Positions 10,597-21,355 are shown, numbered from the stretch's first letter. The stretch: DNA of 60,817 bases from an uncultured delta proteobacterium (GCA_963840855.1 CAWJBB010000073.1:1-60817), one strand, 5' to 3'. The notes: a model not told the origin generated them from the sequence alone. A program made the numbers and translations.

Positions 10597-11070
10597 ATGA
10601 AGGGGAGCGTAGAAGTCATTAAAGTGCTGAACGAGGTGCTGCGTAAAGAGCTCACCGGGATCAATCAATATTTTATCCACTCGAAAATGTGCAAGAACTG
10701 GGGCTATGAAGTGCTGGCCGGAGTGCACTGGAAAGAATCCATCGACGAAATGAAACACGCCGATCTGCTGACCGAACGGATACTCTTTCTCGAAGGTGTT
10801 CCCAATATCACCGCTTACGACAAGATTTTGGTTGGCTCGACAGTGAGGCAACAGCTGGAGAACGATATGGGTCTGGAACAAGCGGCCCTGACGGTTCTCA
10901 GACCTGGAATAAAAACCTGCCTCGACGCCCAAGACGACGCAACCCGAGAACTGCTTGAACATATCGTGGTCGACGAGGAGCACCATATCGACTGGATTGA
11001 ATCCCAGCTGCATCAAATCCAGGAAGTGGGGCTGCAGAACTATCTCGCTCAGCAGATTTTCAAGAAATGA
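10597..11070 (+). CDS. bfr: Bacterioferritin
   Basis: ELTGINQYFIH, ESIDEMKHAD, ERILFLEG, DEEHHIDW. Confidence 0.97.
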   Translation: MKGSVEVIKVLNEVLRKELTGINQYFIHSKMCKNWGYEVLAGVHWKESIDEMKHADLLTERILFLEGVPNITAYDKILVGSTVRQQLENDMGLEQAALTVLRPGIKTCLDAQDDATRELLEHIVVDEEHHIDWIESQLHQIQEVGLQNYLAQQIFKK

Positions 11071-11311
11071 TAGACGGACCCGGTTAAGCACTACTCGACC
11101 ATGCGATCGGGCGTGGCATTAGAGAGCATAAGAAATTTTTCAAGCAGAACGATTTCGTTCGCCATCTGATTCTTTGTAGGATTGCCATCGTACGTCGGTC
11201 AGACTAAGGCGCACGGGGTCGCCCGGAAGCCTACCAACGAGCGTTTGCGCTCAACGCCAAAAGCAAGATCGCGCTGATCGTCAATTGCACCATCACAGCT
11301 CTCCTTTTTAT

Positions 11312-13141
11312 TTATGCCAACGCGGAAAAGTTTTGTTCCCGCCGCAAGTTCGCGAGCACGCCTTCGATCCAGCGGCTGGCAGGGTCATCATAATCGACGT
11401 CGCAATCGACGCGCGGATAAAGACGCACGGCGCCGTGGCGCTCTAGGGCGGCGTCAAGCTCGCGGCCGCATTTGCAAAAGTGATCGTAAGTGGTGTTGCC
11501 GAGCGCCAGCACGGAATATTTCACGCCGCGGAGATCCAGGCTGTTACCGTGAACGACCGCGTCCCAGAACGGCGCGGCGTCGTCAGGCGGTTCGCCGTCG
11601 CCATAGGTGCTCGCCACGACCAGCACGCAGTTCGTTTGCTTGAGCACGTTCGGTTGACAGTGCGCCATGTCTCGGACCCGCGCGGTGAGACCGGTTGGGA
11701 GCAGCGCCTCGGCCAGTTTTTTAGCCAGCGCCTCCGAGTTGCCGGTCACGGTGCCGTAAAGAATCAACACCGACTCGCCATTGAACGGCGCCGCGGCTCG
11801 CTCGCGCGCGAGATCCTGAACGGCGTGGGCGTGTCCGTTGGCACCGTTGGGATCGATGGTTTGCCCTTCGCTCAAGGCGCGCGCCCGCGCCGCGTCGACG
11901 GTCCGGGGCTCGGGCTGGTGTTGGTTCGGTAAATCGAGTTGATCGGTATTCGTATTCATCAATGACTCCTCAGCAGTAAATTCTTCCGATGTACGGCCCC
12001 AGGAGCGAAAGCGGCGCCAGGCCATCGCCACGCCGGTCCAGACGAGAAAACAGCCGCCGAGAGAAGCGAGCCCGGCAACGGTCTGGCCGGGGAAGCCGAA
12101 CGCTTCGCCGGTGTGCAGCGCGCGTACCCAGGTGCGCAGTTTTCGCCCCGTGCTGTTGTTGGCATAAGGCTCCCACTTGACGACGTCGCCGGTGGCGCGA
12201 TTGAGCGTGAGCTGCGAGCGCTGGAAGGGATGGAAGGCATCGGGTCCTTGTATCGATGCAGTTACCGGCCCGTCGCCGCGCGGCGGCAAGCGCAGCATGA
12301 TCATCACCCAACCGGGCGCTTGCTCTTGCGCCCGCGCCAATAGAACATCGAAGCTCGCCATCGGCGCGGCGGCGCGGGCTTCGCCGCGTTGGCCGCGGCC
12401 GCTCGTTCCCTGACCGCCGGCGCCGGCGGGTCCCTCGGCCCGGCGCGGCGGCTCGCTGCCGGTCAGGGTGTAGAGCAGATCGTTAGCCCAGGGATAAGAC
12501 ATGACCGCGGCGGTCAGCGTAAGCACGACGAGCACGGTTGAAGACCAAAAACCGATGACGTTGTGCCAGTTCCAATCGCGCGCCTTGCCGCGCAAGCGGG
12601 GGTTGAACAGGAAGCTATGCTTCAGCGCGCGCCAATGCCAGCTGGGCGGCCACCAGAGATAAAATCCAGTAACTGCGAGCCAGAAAAACGCCAGGTTGCA
12701 GGCGCCGGTGATCGCGCGCGCTGTATCGCGGCCTTCGCCTTCGGCGCCGAGCCAGCGGTGCCAATCCACGACATTGCGCAAGAAGCTATAAGTGGCCGAA
12801 AGTCCACCCAAGAGCTGTCCAGTATAGGGATTGACGAAGACGGTATTTTCACGGCTGAGGTTGACCGCCACCGACGCCGCGGGATCGGACTTGACGATGA
12901 TCGCCGCGGGGCGCGCTTCCGGGATAGCGTTTCGGACTTTCGCGATCAGTTCGTCATAACTCAAGCGCTTGCCGTCCGGAGGCGGAGTCACCCGGCGCGC
13001 GTCGCGCTCGATGTACTCGGTGATCTGACGCTCGTACATGAGGATCACGCCGGTAAACGACATGATGAAGATCACCAAACCGGCAACGAGCCCGGCGAGC
13101 AGGTGGCTCCAAAAAATTATTTTGTGCAGCATTTTCATCAT
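11312..13141 (-). CDS. PepSY-associated TM iron-regulated membrane protein fused to a C-terminal flavodoxin domain
   Basis: FWSHL, WHRWL, WHNVIG and LHTG His-bearing helices; C-terminal YGTVTGNSE, STYGDGEPPDDA, LGNTTYDHFC (CysJ-like flavodoxin). Confidence 0.85.
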   Translation of the reverse strand: MMKMLHKIIFWSHLLAGLVAGLVIFIMSFTGVILMYERQITEYIERDARRVTPPPDGKRLSYDELIAKVRNAIPEARPAAIIVKSDPAASVAVNLSRENTVFVNPYTGQLLGGLSATYSFLRNVVDWHRWLGAEGEGRDTARAITGACNLAFFWLAVTGFYLWWPPSWHWRALKHSFLFNPRLRGKARDWNWHNVIGFWSSTVLVVLTLTAAVMSYPWANDLLYTLTGSEPPRRAEGPAGAGGQGTSGRGQRGEARAAAPMASFDVLLARAQEQAPGWVMIMLRLPPRGDGPVTASIQGPDAFHPFQRSQLTLNRATGDVVKWEPYANNSTGRKLRTWVRALHTGEAFGFPGQTVAGLASLGGCFLVWTGVAMAWRRFRSWGRTSEEFTAEESLMNTNTDQLDLPNQHQPEPRTVDAARARALSEGQTIDPNGANGHAHAVQDLARERAAAPFNGESVLILYGTVTGNSEALAKKLAEALLPTGLTARVRDMAHCQPNVLKQTNCVLVVASTYGDGEPPDDAAPFWDAVVHGNSLDLRGVKYSVLALGNTTYDHFCKCGRELDAALERHGAVRLYPRVDCDVDYDDPASRWIEGVLANLRREQNFSALA

Positions 13142-13160
13142 CGCTTCTCTCCGTCTAAGC

Positions 13161-13706
13161 CTAACCTATGGTGCGGCTCTTTAGATCGCTAAACTCGGCG
13201 CGCAACCAGTCGCGCAGCAGATCCTTCTCGTAGCGTAGGGGGTCCTCCCTCGGGTAAACGCTGCGCATTTGATAGTCGATATCGGTGAGGTCGCGCTTGC
13301 CCGTCTTGACGACTTTTGCTGTGCTATCGAGGACTTCGAACTCAAGCACGATGTGCGGCGGGTAGAGATCTTTGACAATGCGTAGCTGATCGGCTTGCGG
13401 ACCGCGATGAAACAGCTCGAAATCGCCGGCCAGGTCGATGTTCGTCACCCGGATACTTAGCCGCATGTCCGCGGGCACGTAGCGCGCACCGGTCTCGATC
13501 AGAAAGTTTTCTAATTCGCGGAGGATTCCCGAAGACGTCGGGTCCAGTTCGGCCCGATGCGCGTCGGTGAATTTCTCCGGCTCGATGAAAGCGACGGAAA
13601 CGCGCGAGACCGATTCGTCCACCGGTGCCGCTGCGGCGCAGCCGGCAAGCAGCAGAAGGGCCATCGCGCAGCCTTTCTCTAACCGTCGACGAACAAGAGC
13701 GTTCAT
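13161..13706 (-). CDS. DUF3016-like lipoprotein
   Basis: LLAGC lipobox; PEKFTD, VTNIDLAGDFE, LRYEK.LL.DW. Confidence 0.75.
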   Translation of the reverse strand: MNALVRRRLEKGCAMALLLLAGCAAAAPVDESVSRVSVAFIEPEKFTDAHRAELDPTSSGILRELENFLIETGARYVPADMRLSIRVTNIDLAGDFELFHRGPQADQLRIVKDLYPPHIVLEFEVLDSTAKVVKTGKRDLTDIDYQMRSVYPREDPLRYEKDLLRDWLRAEFSDLKSRTIG

Positions 13707-13707
13707 G

Positions 13708-14388
13708 TCACACCTCTGCGAAGCGCCGCAGCAAGTTGTGATAGCAGTTGGTCAATTCCACCACGGCGCTATTATTGGGTATCACTTGATTGACCTTGTT
13801 GATTGCCATGTCGAGATCGAAAAGTAGGGTTCGAGTGCCGTCGTCGCGCACCATGCTCTGCACCCAGAAGAACGACGCGAGGCGGACGCCGCGCGTGACC
13901 GGTTTGACGTGGTGCAGGCTGCTTGCCGGATAAACCACCATGTCGCCGGCGCCGAGCTTCACCGCGTGGGTGCCGTAAACGTCGTCGATCATCAGCTCGC
14001 CGCCGTCGTAGTCTTCCGGCGCGCTTAGAAACAACGTCGCGGATATATCCGTGCGCACGCGCAGCGGCGTGCCGGGAATCTGCCGGATGGAATTGTCCAG
14101 ATGCGCGCCGAAGGACTCGCCGCCTTCATAGCGGTTGAAGAGCGGCGGGAAGACCCGGAGCGGCAATGTCGCCGTGATGAACAGCGGGTTGCGCTCCAGG
14201 GCCGCCACGATCATATCGCCTAGCTCCCGCGCCTCCGGGCTATGTTCCGGTAATTGGCGGTTGTCCTTCACCATGGCCGATTGATGTCCGGCGGTGACCC
14301 GGCCGTCGATCCAGCTCGCGCGGTTCATCACTTCGCGGCAGCGCGCGATCTGTTCGGGGTTCAAGACATTAGGAACTTGGACGATCAC
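13708..14388 (-). CDS. piuC: PKHD-type Fe(II)/2OG dioxygenase PiuC/YbiX
   Basis: [44 protein letters not shown]. Confidence 0.93.
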   Translation of the reverse strand: MIVQVPNVLNPEQIARCREVMNRASWIDGRVTAGHQSAMVKDNRQLPEHSPEARELGDMIVAALERNPLFITATLPLRVFPPLFNRYEGGESFGAHLDNSIRQIPGTPLRVRTDISATLFLSAPEDYDGGELMIDDVYGTHAVKLGAGDMVVYPASSLHHVKPVTRGVRLASFFWVQSMVRDDGTRTLLFDLDMAINKVNQVIPNNSAVVELTNCYHNLLRRFAEV

Positions 14389-14402
14389 TATTGTAGGACT
14401 CC

Positions 14403-16569
14403 TTAGAACCTGAAGCTTGTAGCGAGAATAAATGTTCGCCCAGCGCCGGGGATCACGTGAGAAGGATGCACGCCCTCAAAGTAGTATGCATTCGCCAGGT
14501 TTTGTGCGTTGAAACGAAGCGAAATGTTATTCGTCGCCTGATACGCGATCGTTGAATCCCAACGCACGTAACCGTCGACTTTGTTAGTATTCTGGTTGTT
14601 GGCATACCTGCCGCCGACGTAGCTGGGACCGCCACCGATCTGCCATTTCTCAAAAAAATCGTAAGTTGCCCATAAGGTCGCGCTATGTTTAGGGACGTTT
14701 TGCGGGACTTTTCCATCAATTGTAACGTCGTTGGACTTGGTAATCTCGGCGTCGATGAACGTATAGCCGCCGAAAACGTTTAAGCCAGGCAAGACGCGCC
14801 CTGCGACCCCAAACTCAAAACCTTGAGATCGTTGTTTGCCATCGAGCACCTGAACTGTGCCAGTTATCGCGTCGGGAGTTCGAGCGTTGGTCTTCTCGAT
14901 GTGGAACAATGCGCTGGTCAGATTCAAAGCGCCGCCGAAAAAATCCAACTTGCCGCCGATCTCGAAAATCTGATTTTTTTCCGGTGGGGTATTCTGGTTG
15001 TTGGCTGCCAGCGCGATAGCTTCTGCCGATGGGTTGAAGGAAGTGCCGTAAGAAAAGTAATAGCTCTGCCAAGCCAGCGGCTTGAAAACTAGCCCACCGC
15101 GGTAGCTGGGCATTCTGTCTATGTTGTTGAAATCTTGAGAGACAGGTCTTTTGTCATCAAAATGGGTACTGAAATAATCCCAGCGCGCGCCACCGATAAT
15201 ATCTAAATAGTCGTTCAGTTTTAGGGTGTCCGCGGCATAGATGCCGAAGCCAGTTGATCCCGTAAAGGAATCAGCCGCTAAAGTCTGGCTCACCAAGGAT
15301 AGATTGGCCCCATGAGTCGGGTCGGAAGAGGTTAGTCGCAGGAAGTCCGTTGGCCGCGGTTGTTTGAGAAAAACGAAGCACGTCGACCGTTTCACGGGAG
15401 AGTTCTATGCCTGTGGTCAGAGAGTGCTTCAGACCGAAGGTGTCGAATTTTGCGGTCAGGTCAGTTTGGTTATGACGATCATCTCCTTGGTGTCGCGTAT
15501 GGGCCTGCTGCGATTAATCGTGGTTGTACCGACCAATGAGGGCACGGTGGGAGCCACTTCGCGATGAACGTGGCTGAAGCGAAGAGTATTGCGCAAGCTC
15601 AATTGATCGTTGAAGCGATGGTCTATTTTCCCAGTGACGATATTCGCGAAGGTATCCTCATAGTCTTTTTTGAGACCGTAAAAATTTTCTCGATTGACAC
15701 GAACCGGATCGCCGCCGGAAAATGGCAGGCCATAATCCGGAATGTTGTTCTCGTACTGAGTGAAATAGCTCAAGGTCGCCTGCGTGGGAGTGCCGAGGCC
15801 GAAGGAGATCGACGGCGCGAAGCCGAAGCGCTCATTCTCGACGACGTCGCGCTCGGCGATATCGTTGCGGTGCGCCATGAAATTTACGCGCAATGCGGCG
15901 TTGGGCAGTACCGCTGTTAAAGGCTGGTTGACGTCGGCCGTGCTGCGCAGATAAAAATCGGTGCCGCTGCTAAAAATGCCGCCGTAGGAGGGATCGAGGC
16001 GGGGAATCTTGCTGACCTGGTTAATGACGCCGCCGGTGGAGCCACGACCGAAATAGACCGAGGACGGACCCTTCAGTACTTCAACGGCTTCGAGATTAAA
16101 CGAATCACGGAAGTAGGTTCCCTGATCGCGCACACCGTCGATGTACATATCGTTGCGAGCGTTGAAGCCGCGCAAGGTAAAACTGTCGCCCTGAGCGCCG
16201 CCGCCCTCGCCGGCTGCTACGCCGATACCTGTGACGTTGCGTAGAGCGTCGCGCAAGGTAGATCCCGCCTGTTCTTCGATGAGTTTCTGCGGCACGATGG
16301 TGATCGATTGCGGCGTGTCTTTGAGCGGCTCGGGAAACTTGGGCAGCGACGACTGGGGCACAATGTACGGGCTATTTTGATCTTGGACCACCACCGGCGG
16401 CAGGGCTAATGGGTTCCTCTTTTTTCGGTTCCGCCGCGAAAGCGTTGCTCGCCAGCGCAAAGCTAAAAGCCACCGCTTTGCCAACTCCTTCGCCCGCAGC
16501 CAGACAAATTTTTTGCAAAGCCGTCTTGTTCCGTCGTCTTTCGTTCGCGCGTTTCTGTTGTCGACTCAT
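14403..16569 (-). CDS. TonB-dependent siderophore receptor (Fiu/PiuA-like), split by frameshifts
   Basis: Signal peptide in frame 16372..16785 (MSRQQ...AFAA); plug DTPQSIT...RGF...EVLKGPSS in 15456..16484; barrel end SYGTSFNPS...GAGRTF...F in 14403..15395. Confidence 0.85.
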
Positions 16570-16649
16570 GTGTTCCTCCAATGAAGTAGATGTTTTCGCT
16601 TGCTGGCATGAGTCGGGCTCACGCACTGGCTGGCTAGGTGAGTATGAAT

Positions 16650-16848
16650 CTATTTCGTCAGAATGAGCTTTCCCTTTCTTGTGATGCGCAGGTTGTATTC
16701 CTTGGCTCTGATGCACAATGACGATCTCACTGTTGCCTTGAAATAGCCGATTGCTTTCGATACGCGGTTTTTTCCCGGCTGACAATGGCCGTCGTTCGCG
16801 ATGTTCCCGGCTGTTTGCCCGCGCAATTCACAAGCATATTTCTCTCAT
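16650..16848 (-). CDS. hemP: Hemin uptake protein HemP/HmuP (frameshifted)
   Basis: RIESNRLFQGNSEIVIVH, then after a shift near 16700 EYNLRITRKGKLILTK-stop; ATG at 16848 after GGAG. The start region is also disrupted. Confidence 0.75.
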
Positions 16849-16856
16849 GGTTGCTC

Positions 16857-17677
16857 CTAGCGAAGCTCGAATTTCACCGGCAACATGACCCACACCGCGA
16901 CCGGATTTTGCCCCTGGCGCGCCGGTTCGAAAAGCCACTTTTTTACGGCGTCGACCGCGGAGAGATCGAGATCGCGAAATCCGGCGGACTGCTCGACGAT
17001 CACGTCGCCGACCCGGCCGCTCTCGAGCACGCGGACGCGCAAAGAGTGACGCCTTGTACACCGGCTCTTCTCGCGGACTCGGGATAACGAGGCTTGATTT
17101 GATAGCCGCCGAGGGGCCGGGCGAGGCCCGAAAGCGCTTCACCGAGCCACACCGCCGCCGTGCCGTCGCCCTTGGCCCCTCGGCCGAGACCTGACGTTCC
17201 CTGCCCGCCACCGCCGCCTTCCACGCCGCTGCCGGCAACGACTCCGACGTCGCCTTTGCCAAAGAGATTGCCGGCTCCGGCGGCGCTGCCTTCCGCTTCG
17301 CTGGCCCGGCTGCCGACGTTCCAGCCGGCTTTGGTTGCGCCGGTGTTATCCGGCAATGAGGCAAGCGGTTCCTCGATCGGTTTCTCTTTGATATCTTCCT
17401 TGGTGTTGCCGGTCGGCGGTAGCGGAGTGGTTTCCAATACCGGTTTGGATAATAACTTCGGCGCGGTGATAGTTTGCGGTTTAGGTTTGGGTGCCGGTGG
17501 TGGTGGCTGGACTTCGACTTTGTTCGGTTGCTCAACGCTGGGAACATCGAGGAGCTCGATGGGCACCGTGACAGGCTTGAGCGGCTTTGCATGCAATATC
17601 AACGCGGCCACGGGAACCAGGCTCAGATGGATCAACGATGATGCAGTAAATGACGAGATCAGCCAGCGATCGTTCAT
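16857..17677 (-). CDS. tonB: Energy transducer TonB (frameshift near 17042)
   Basis: TM helix with S..IH, Pro/Gly-rich linker, YPESARRAGVQG, then LD.SA.DAVKKWLFEPA...PVKFEL in the next frame. Confidence 0.85.
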
Positions 17678-18090
17678 TTTTTCTGCTCCTTCGGTTTTAC
17701 GGCAATGGCCATCTTGGCCACATTGGCGCCCCGGGCGATGTCCATGACTTCCACCACCTGGCCGTGCTGAACGCCGTCGTCGGCGTTGATGACGACCAGG
17801 AGATCGGGATTTTTCGCGAGCTGTTGCTTCAAGGATTCACCGAGCACCGATTTATCGATTGCCTGCCGGTTGAGAAATAACCGTCCCTCTCTGTCGATGG
17901 TGATCGCGGCGCTCTCGGCGGGCGCTTGTTGGCCGGACGCTGCCTTGGGCAGATTGACCGGCATGCCTTTGAATTGGGACATGGATAGGGTCGAGATCAT
18001 GAAAAAGACCAGCAGGAAAAAGATCGTGTCGATCATCGGGATGATCTCGATGCGCGCTTTCTTCATGCTTCTGCGTTGAATGCGCATCAA
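17674..18090 (-). CDS. exbD: Biopolymer transporter ExbD
   Basis: IIPMIDTIFFLLVFFM, VNLPKA, INADD.V.HG.VV.VMD. Confidence 0.92.
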   Translation of the reverse strand: MMRIQRRSMKKARIEIIPMIDTIFFLLVFFMISTLSMSQFKGMPVNLPKAASGQQAPAESAAITIDREGRLFLNRQAIDKSVLGESLKQQLAKNPDLLVVINADDGVQHGQVVEVMDIARGANVAKMAIAVKPKEQKK

Positions 18091-18695
18091 TGTTTCCCCG
18101 CGTGTTCGTGCAGCAGCAGCTCCAGCGATGAGCTGAAGTGCTCCATCTGGTCCAATTCCCGCTCTACTCGGGCCGTGAAATAGTTGTAGGAGACCAGGGT
18201 TAGAATTGCGATCAGCAATCCGGTAGCGGTGGCGATGAGCGCTTCGGCAACGCCGCCGGTAACGGCGTGCGGTTGTCCAAGGCCCGCTTCGGACATGACG
18301 TCGAAGGAACCAATCATGCCTACCACCGTGCCGAGCAATCCGAGCAGAGGGGCAAGAGTAACGATGGTGTCGAGAACACCGATGCGGCTTTTGAGCACCG
18401 GGATCTCGGCCTGAGCGGCGGCTTCCATCGCCTTTGCCGGCGCGGGATTGCGGTGTGCCAGTCCAGCCGCTAGGACGCGCCCAATCGGCTGTCCGGATGA
18501 TTTTCCTAATTTTAGCGCCTGTTCGAATTCGCCATTTTCAACTAGTGTTAGAATTTGACTGAGCACCTCTTTGGATTTCAGTTTGGTCCAAAACATGATC
18601 CGCTCGATGGTCAGCGCCAGCGAGATCAAGGAGCAAGCGAGCAGCGGGATCATCACAATCCCGCCTTTGACGATGATGGCAACGACCTCTACCAT
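18087..18695 (-). CDS. exbB: MotA/TolQ/ExbB proton channel
   Basis: APLLGLLGTVVGMI, GVAEALIATATGL. Confidence 0.92.
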   Translation of the reverse strand: MVEVVAIIVKGGIVMIPLLACSLISLALTIERIMFWTKLKSKEVLSQILTLVENGEFEQALKLGKSSGQPIGRVLAAGLAHRNPAPAKAMEAAAQAEIPVLKSRIGVLDTIVTLAPLLGLLGTVVGMIGSFDVMSEAGLGQPHAVTGGVAEALIATATGLLIAILTLVSYNYFTARVERELDQMEHFSSSLELLLHEHAGKH

Positions 18696-18697
18696 GA

Positions 18698-18910
18698 CTA
18701 CTGAACCAAACCTTTCTTGCGCTCTGAGAGATCTTGCCGCTCCGGTTGCTCGATACCTTCCGCCACGCTTTGCATCGCAAGCCCAAGCTCGCGCAAATCT
18801 TCAAGCGAAATATGCAGAACAACATTGCCGTAATGAACGTGGGCGGTATCTTGACTGCAGTTGCACAGAGAAACGGACCATCTGCGTTGGCGCGATTTGA
18901 TTTCGTACAT
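18698..18910 (-). CDS. Small hypothetical protein with CxC and HxH motif
   Basis: MYEIK...LCNCSQDTAHVHYG; GGAGG RBS; stop 2 nt before exbB. Confidence 0.65.
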   Translation of the reverse strand: MYEIKSRQRRWSVSLCNCSQDTAHVHYGNVVLHISLEDLRELGLAMQSVAEGIEQPERQDLSERKKGLVQ

Positions 18911-18922
18911 TTTGACCTCCGC

Positions 18923-18973
18923 AAAAAATAAAAAGCCCGGAGCTCCGCCCATGAGGGCGGAACGCCGGGCTCT
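18923..18973 (-). terminator. Intrinsic terminator inside the 5' leader of the exbBD-tonB operon
   Basis: Minus strand AGAGCCCGG-cgt-TCCGCCC-tcat-GGGCGGA-gct-CCGGGCT then TTTTATTTTTT, about 12 nt before the ATG. Confidence 0.8.
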
Positions 18974-19004
18974 GGATTCTAGATCGCTGGCCGCTATTTA
19001 TGTT

Positions 19005-19033
19005 CGTATATGTAAATAAATTAAGTTTGTCAA
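19005..19033 (-). promoter_or_regulatory. Sigma-70-type promoter
   Basis: TTGACA-17 nt-TATACG on the minus strand in an AT-rich gap. Confidence 0.65.
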
Positions 19034-19092
19034 TACGAAGAATAAATATTAGTGACCATGAATTATTGTGTTAGAGAAAAAAATCTCAATGA

Positions 19093-19320
19093 TCATAGTT
19101 TTGTCTTCGGGATACTTAAGGTTGCGCCCTTGTATTCAGCTACCCGCTGCCGCTCAGCCGTGAAGGGAATGACTACCTGTCGCTTACACCTGCGGCATTT
19201 CAACTCCACGCCATCGTTTACCAGCCGGGCCAGCAAGCTGCCACAGCAACAGCGCAGGGAGGTATTGTCCTTAGACGCTGAAGCGGGTTCGCGGTCCCTG
19301 TGCGGTTCCCGGCCGCGCAT
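19093..19320 (-). CDS. Mu Com-like zinc-ribbon protein
   Basis: LRCCCGSLLARL...VELKCRRCKRQV matches the Com pattern RC..C.KLL...IEI.CPRCK; AAGGAG RBS; ATG abuts the FTR1 stop. Confidence 0.7.
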   Translation of the reverse strand: MRGREPHRDREPASASKDNTSLRCCCGSLLARLVNDGVELKCRRCKRQVVIPFTAERQRVAEYKGATLSIPKTKL

Positions 19321-21355
19321 CTACGTCTCCTTCCGCCCCTCGCGCGCCATCCAAAGCGAGGTTGTGATGAACACGCAGAGTAGAGTCCCTTGGGCAGCCA
19401 GTGTTTCCATCGTGGGATAGATGCCGAGCAGTGGCAGCTGCCGGAGGAAAATTGAGCGGCGTCGCCGGAACCCAGCCGGCCGCCTGCAACTGATTGATGC
19501 CGGTACCGGCAAAAATGAAGGCCATAATGTAGAGCAGGGTCCCGGTGACCCCGAAGAAATACTTTAGCGGCATGCGCAGGCCAAGCTTGAAGATCGCAAA
19601 GGTAGCCGCGAGCAAAGCGACTACGCCTGCGGCGAAACCGCCAATGATGCCCTGATGATTGCTTTCGTTTTGCAGCCAGAGCGCTTGATAGAAAAGCACG
19701 ACCTCGAAGGCTTCCCGATAGACGGCGAAGAAGGAGATACTCACAAGTCCGATAATTCTCTTGCTGGAAAGAACGTTTTGGACTTTGTCTTGGATAAACG
19801 CTTGCCATCGCTTGGCCTCGGTCCGCGTGTGCAGCCAATAGCCGACATAGAAAAGCGCCACAGCGGTGAAAATAGAGATGAAGCCTTCCATGCTTTCGCG
19901 GTGCTGGCCGCTGAAAGTGAGCACCGTTTGAGCGGCAAGCCAGGTGAGGACGCCGGCGAACAAGGCGAGGATCCAGCCGAAATGGATGTAACGAATCGCG
20001 TCTTTCGCTCCCATCATTTTCAGCATGGCGATGATAGCCGCGAGAATCAGCGCCGCCTCGAGGCCCTCGCGTAGAATGATCAGCGCTGAATTCAAGAACG
20101 CGTAATAACCCGAGAAATCATCGCTGCCGGCCAGCGTCTGCGCCGCCTGGTCCAGCTTGGCTTCGATGGCGGCGCGTTGTTTTTGAATCTCCTCGGCGGC
20201 AATTCCCTGGCGGATCGAATTGCGAAATTGGGTGAACTCGGCTTCGAGAGACCGTCCTAGCGCCGCATCCTTGGCGAACAGCGCCGGCTCGGCCATCTCC
20301 AAGCCGTCGAGGTAGGCCTCGATCGCTTTCTGGTAGGCCTTTTCCTTTTCGCCCTTGCCGTAAAGCTCTGACGCTTCAGCGAGCAGGCTGCGGGCGATCA
20401 CCAACGGGTCGGCGGGCTTCTTCTCTAAAAGCCCGCGCCGCAGATACGCGAGTACATCATTGCGCTGGGCTTCCTGATCGAAACTGGCTTTGAGCTTTTC
20501 TTGCAGCTGATCATCGGAATGGGTCGCTAACGTTGCCACGGAGGTTAGCTCCGGCGCTATTTTCTTTCGCTGAATCAGAGCTTCGCCGGATGCGGCCGCT
20601 TCCGGCGAGAAGCGCAGCGACATGACGTAAAAGGCGACTTGCCAACGTTGCTCGTCCGACAAGGCGGCGAAGGAAGCCATGGCCGTATTGTCGATGCCGA
20701 ACGTGGCGGTGTTATAGCCCTTGAACGGCGACAGGCCGGCCATGAATTCAGCGTCGGTAAAATTGGCCGGCGGCGGCGTCTTCGGATTCATCGACTCGCG
20801 GCCGGGTCCGTCTCCCCTGCCGCTTTCGCCGTGGCACTGGACGCAATTTTCAAGATACAGTTTCCGCCCATCCGCCAAAGATGGGAGCTGGCGGGGATGA
20901 GGGATGATCTTGTAGACGGCGATCAGTTTTTCCTTGGCATCGGTGGCGAGTGCCGCCACGGTTTTTACGTCGCCCTTTTTCTCCACTTGACTGACGAGGG
21001 ATTTGAGGATCGGTTCGACTGCGGCTTTGTCAGTCTTCTCGAGCGCTTTGAGTTGTTGGATGAGCTCCAGGATACGCTTCGAAAACTCCTGCATCTCGGC
21101 ATATTCGTCCTGGTTGACGATCTTGCCGTCCTGAACCGCGTTCTGGTAATCGCCGCCCAAGTAGTCCAAAAGGGCGACCAGGCGTCGGGCCTGATCTTGA
21201 GCGAAGACGGAATGCGCCATGCTCAAGACCGTCAAAATGGTCAGTAAATATTGGATGCAATGTCGGCGGAATTTACCAGAAAACTCGCCGGAGCGCGTTG
21301 ACGGTCTAAGCACGGGAGAACAGGACCAGTTTGCTTTATGCTCTGGAGTTTTCAT
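19321..21355 (-). CDS. Cytochrome c / FTR1 family iron permease (PbrT-like), frameshift near 19440
   Basis: LLDYLGGDY, CVQCH heme motif, REGLE and REAFE motifs; real C-terminus LGIYPTMETLAAQ in frame 19321..19512. Confidence 0.9.

Noticed and set aside
16828-16830. In-frame TGA after MREICL in hemP as selenocysteine
   Set aside because: There is no SECIS-like hairpin, HemP is not a known selenoprotein, and the region has several indel errors.
19068-19092. AT-rich TTAGAGAAAAAAATCTCAAT as a Fur box
   Set aside because: The match is poor unless an indel is assumed.
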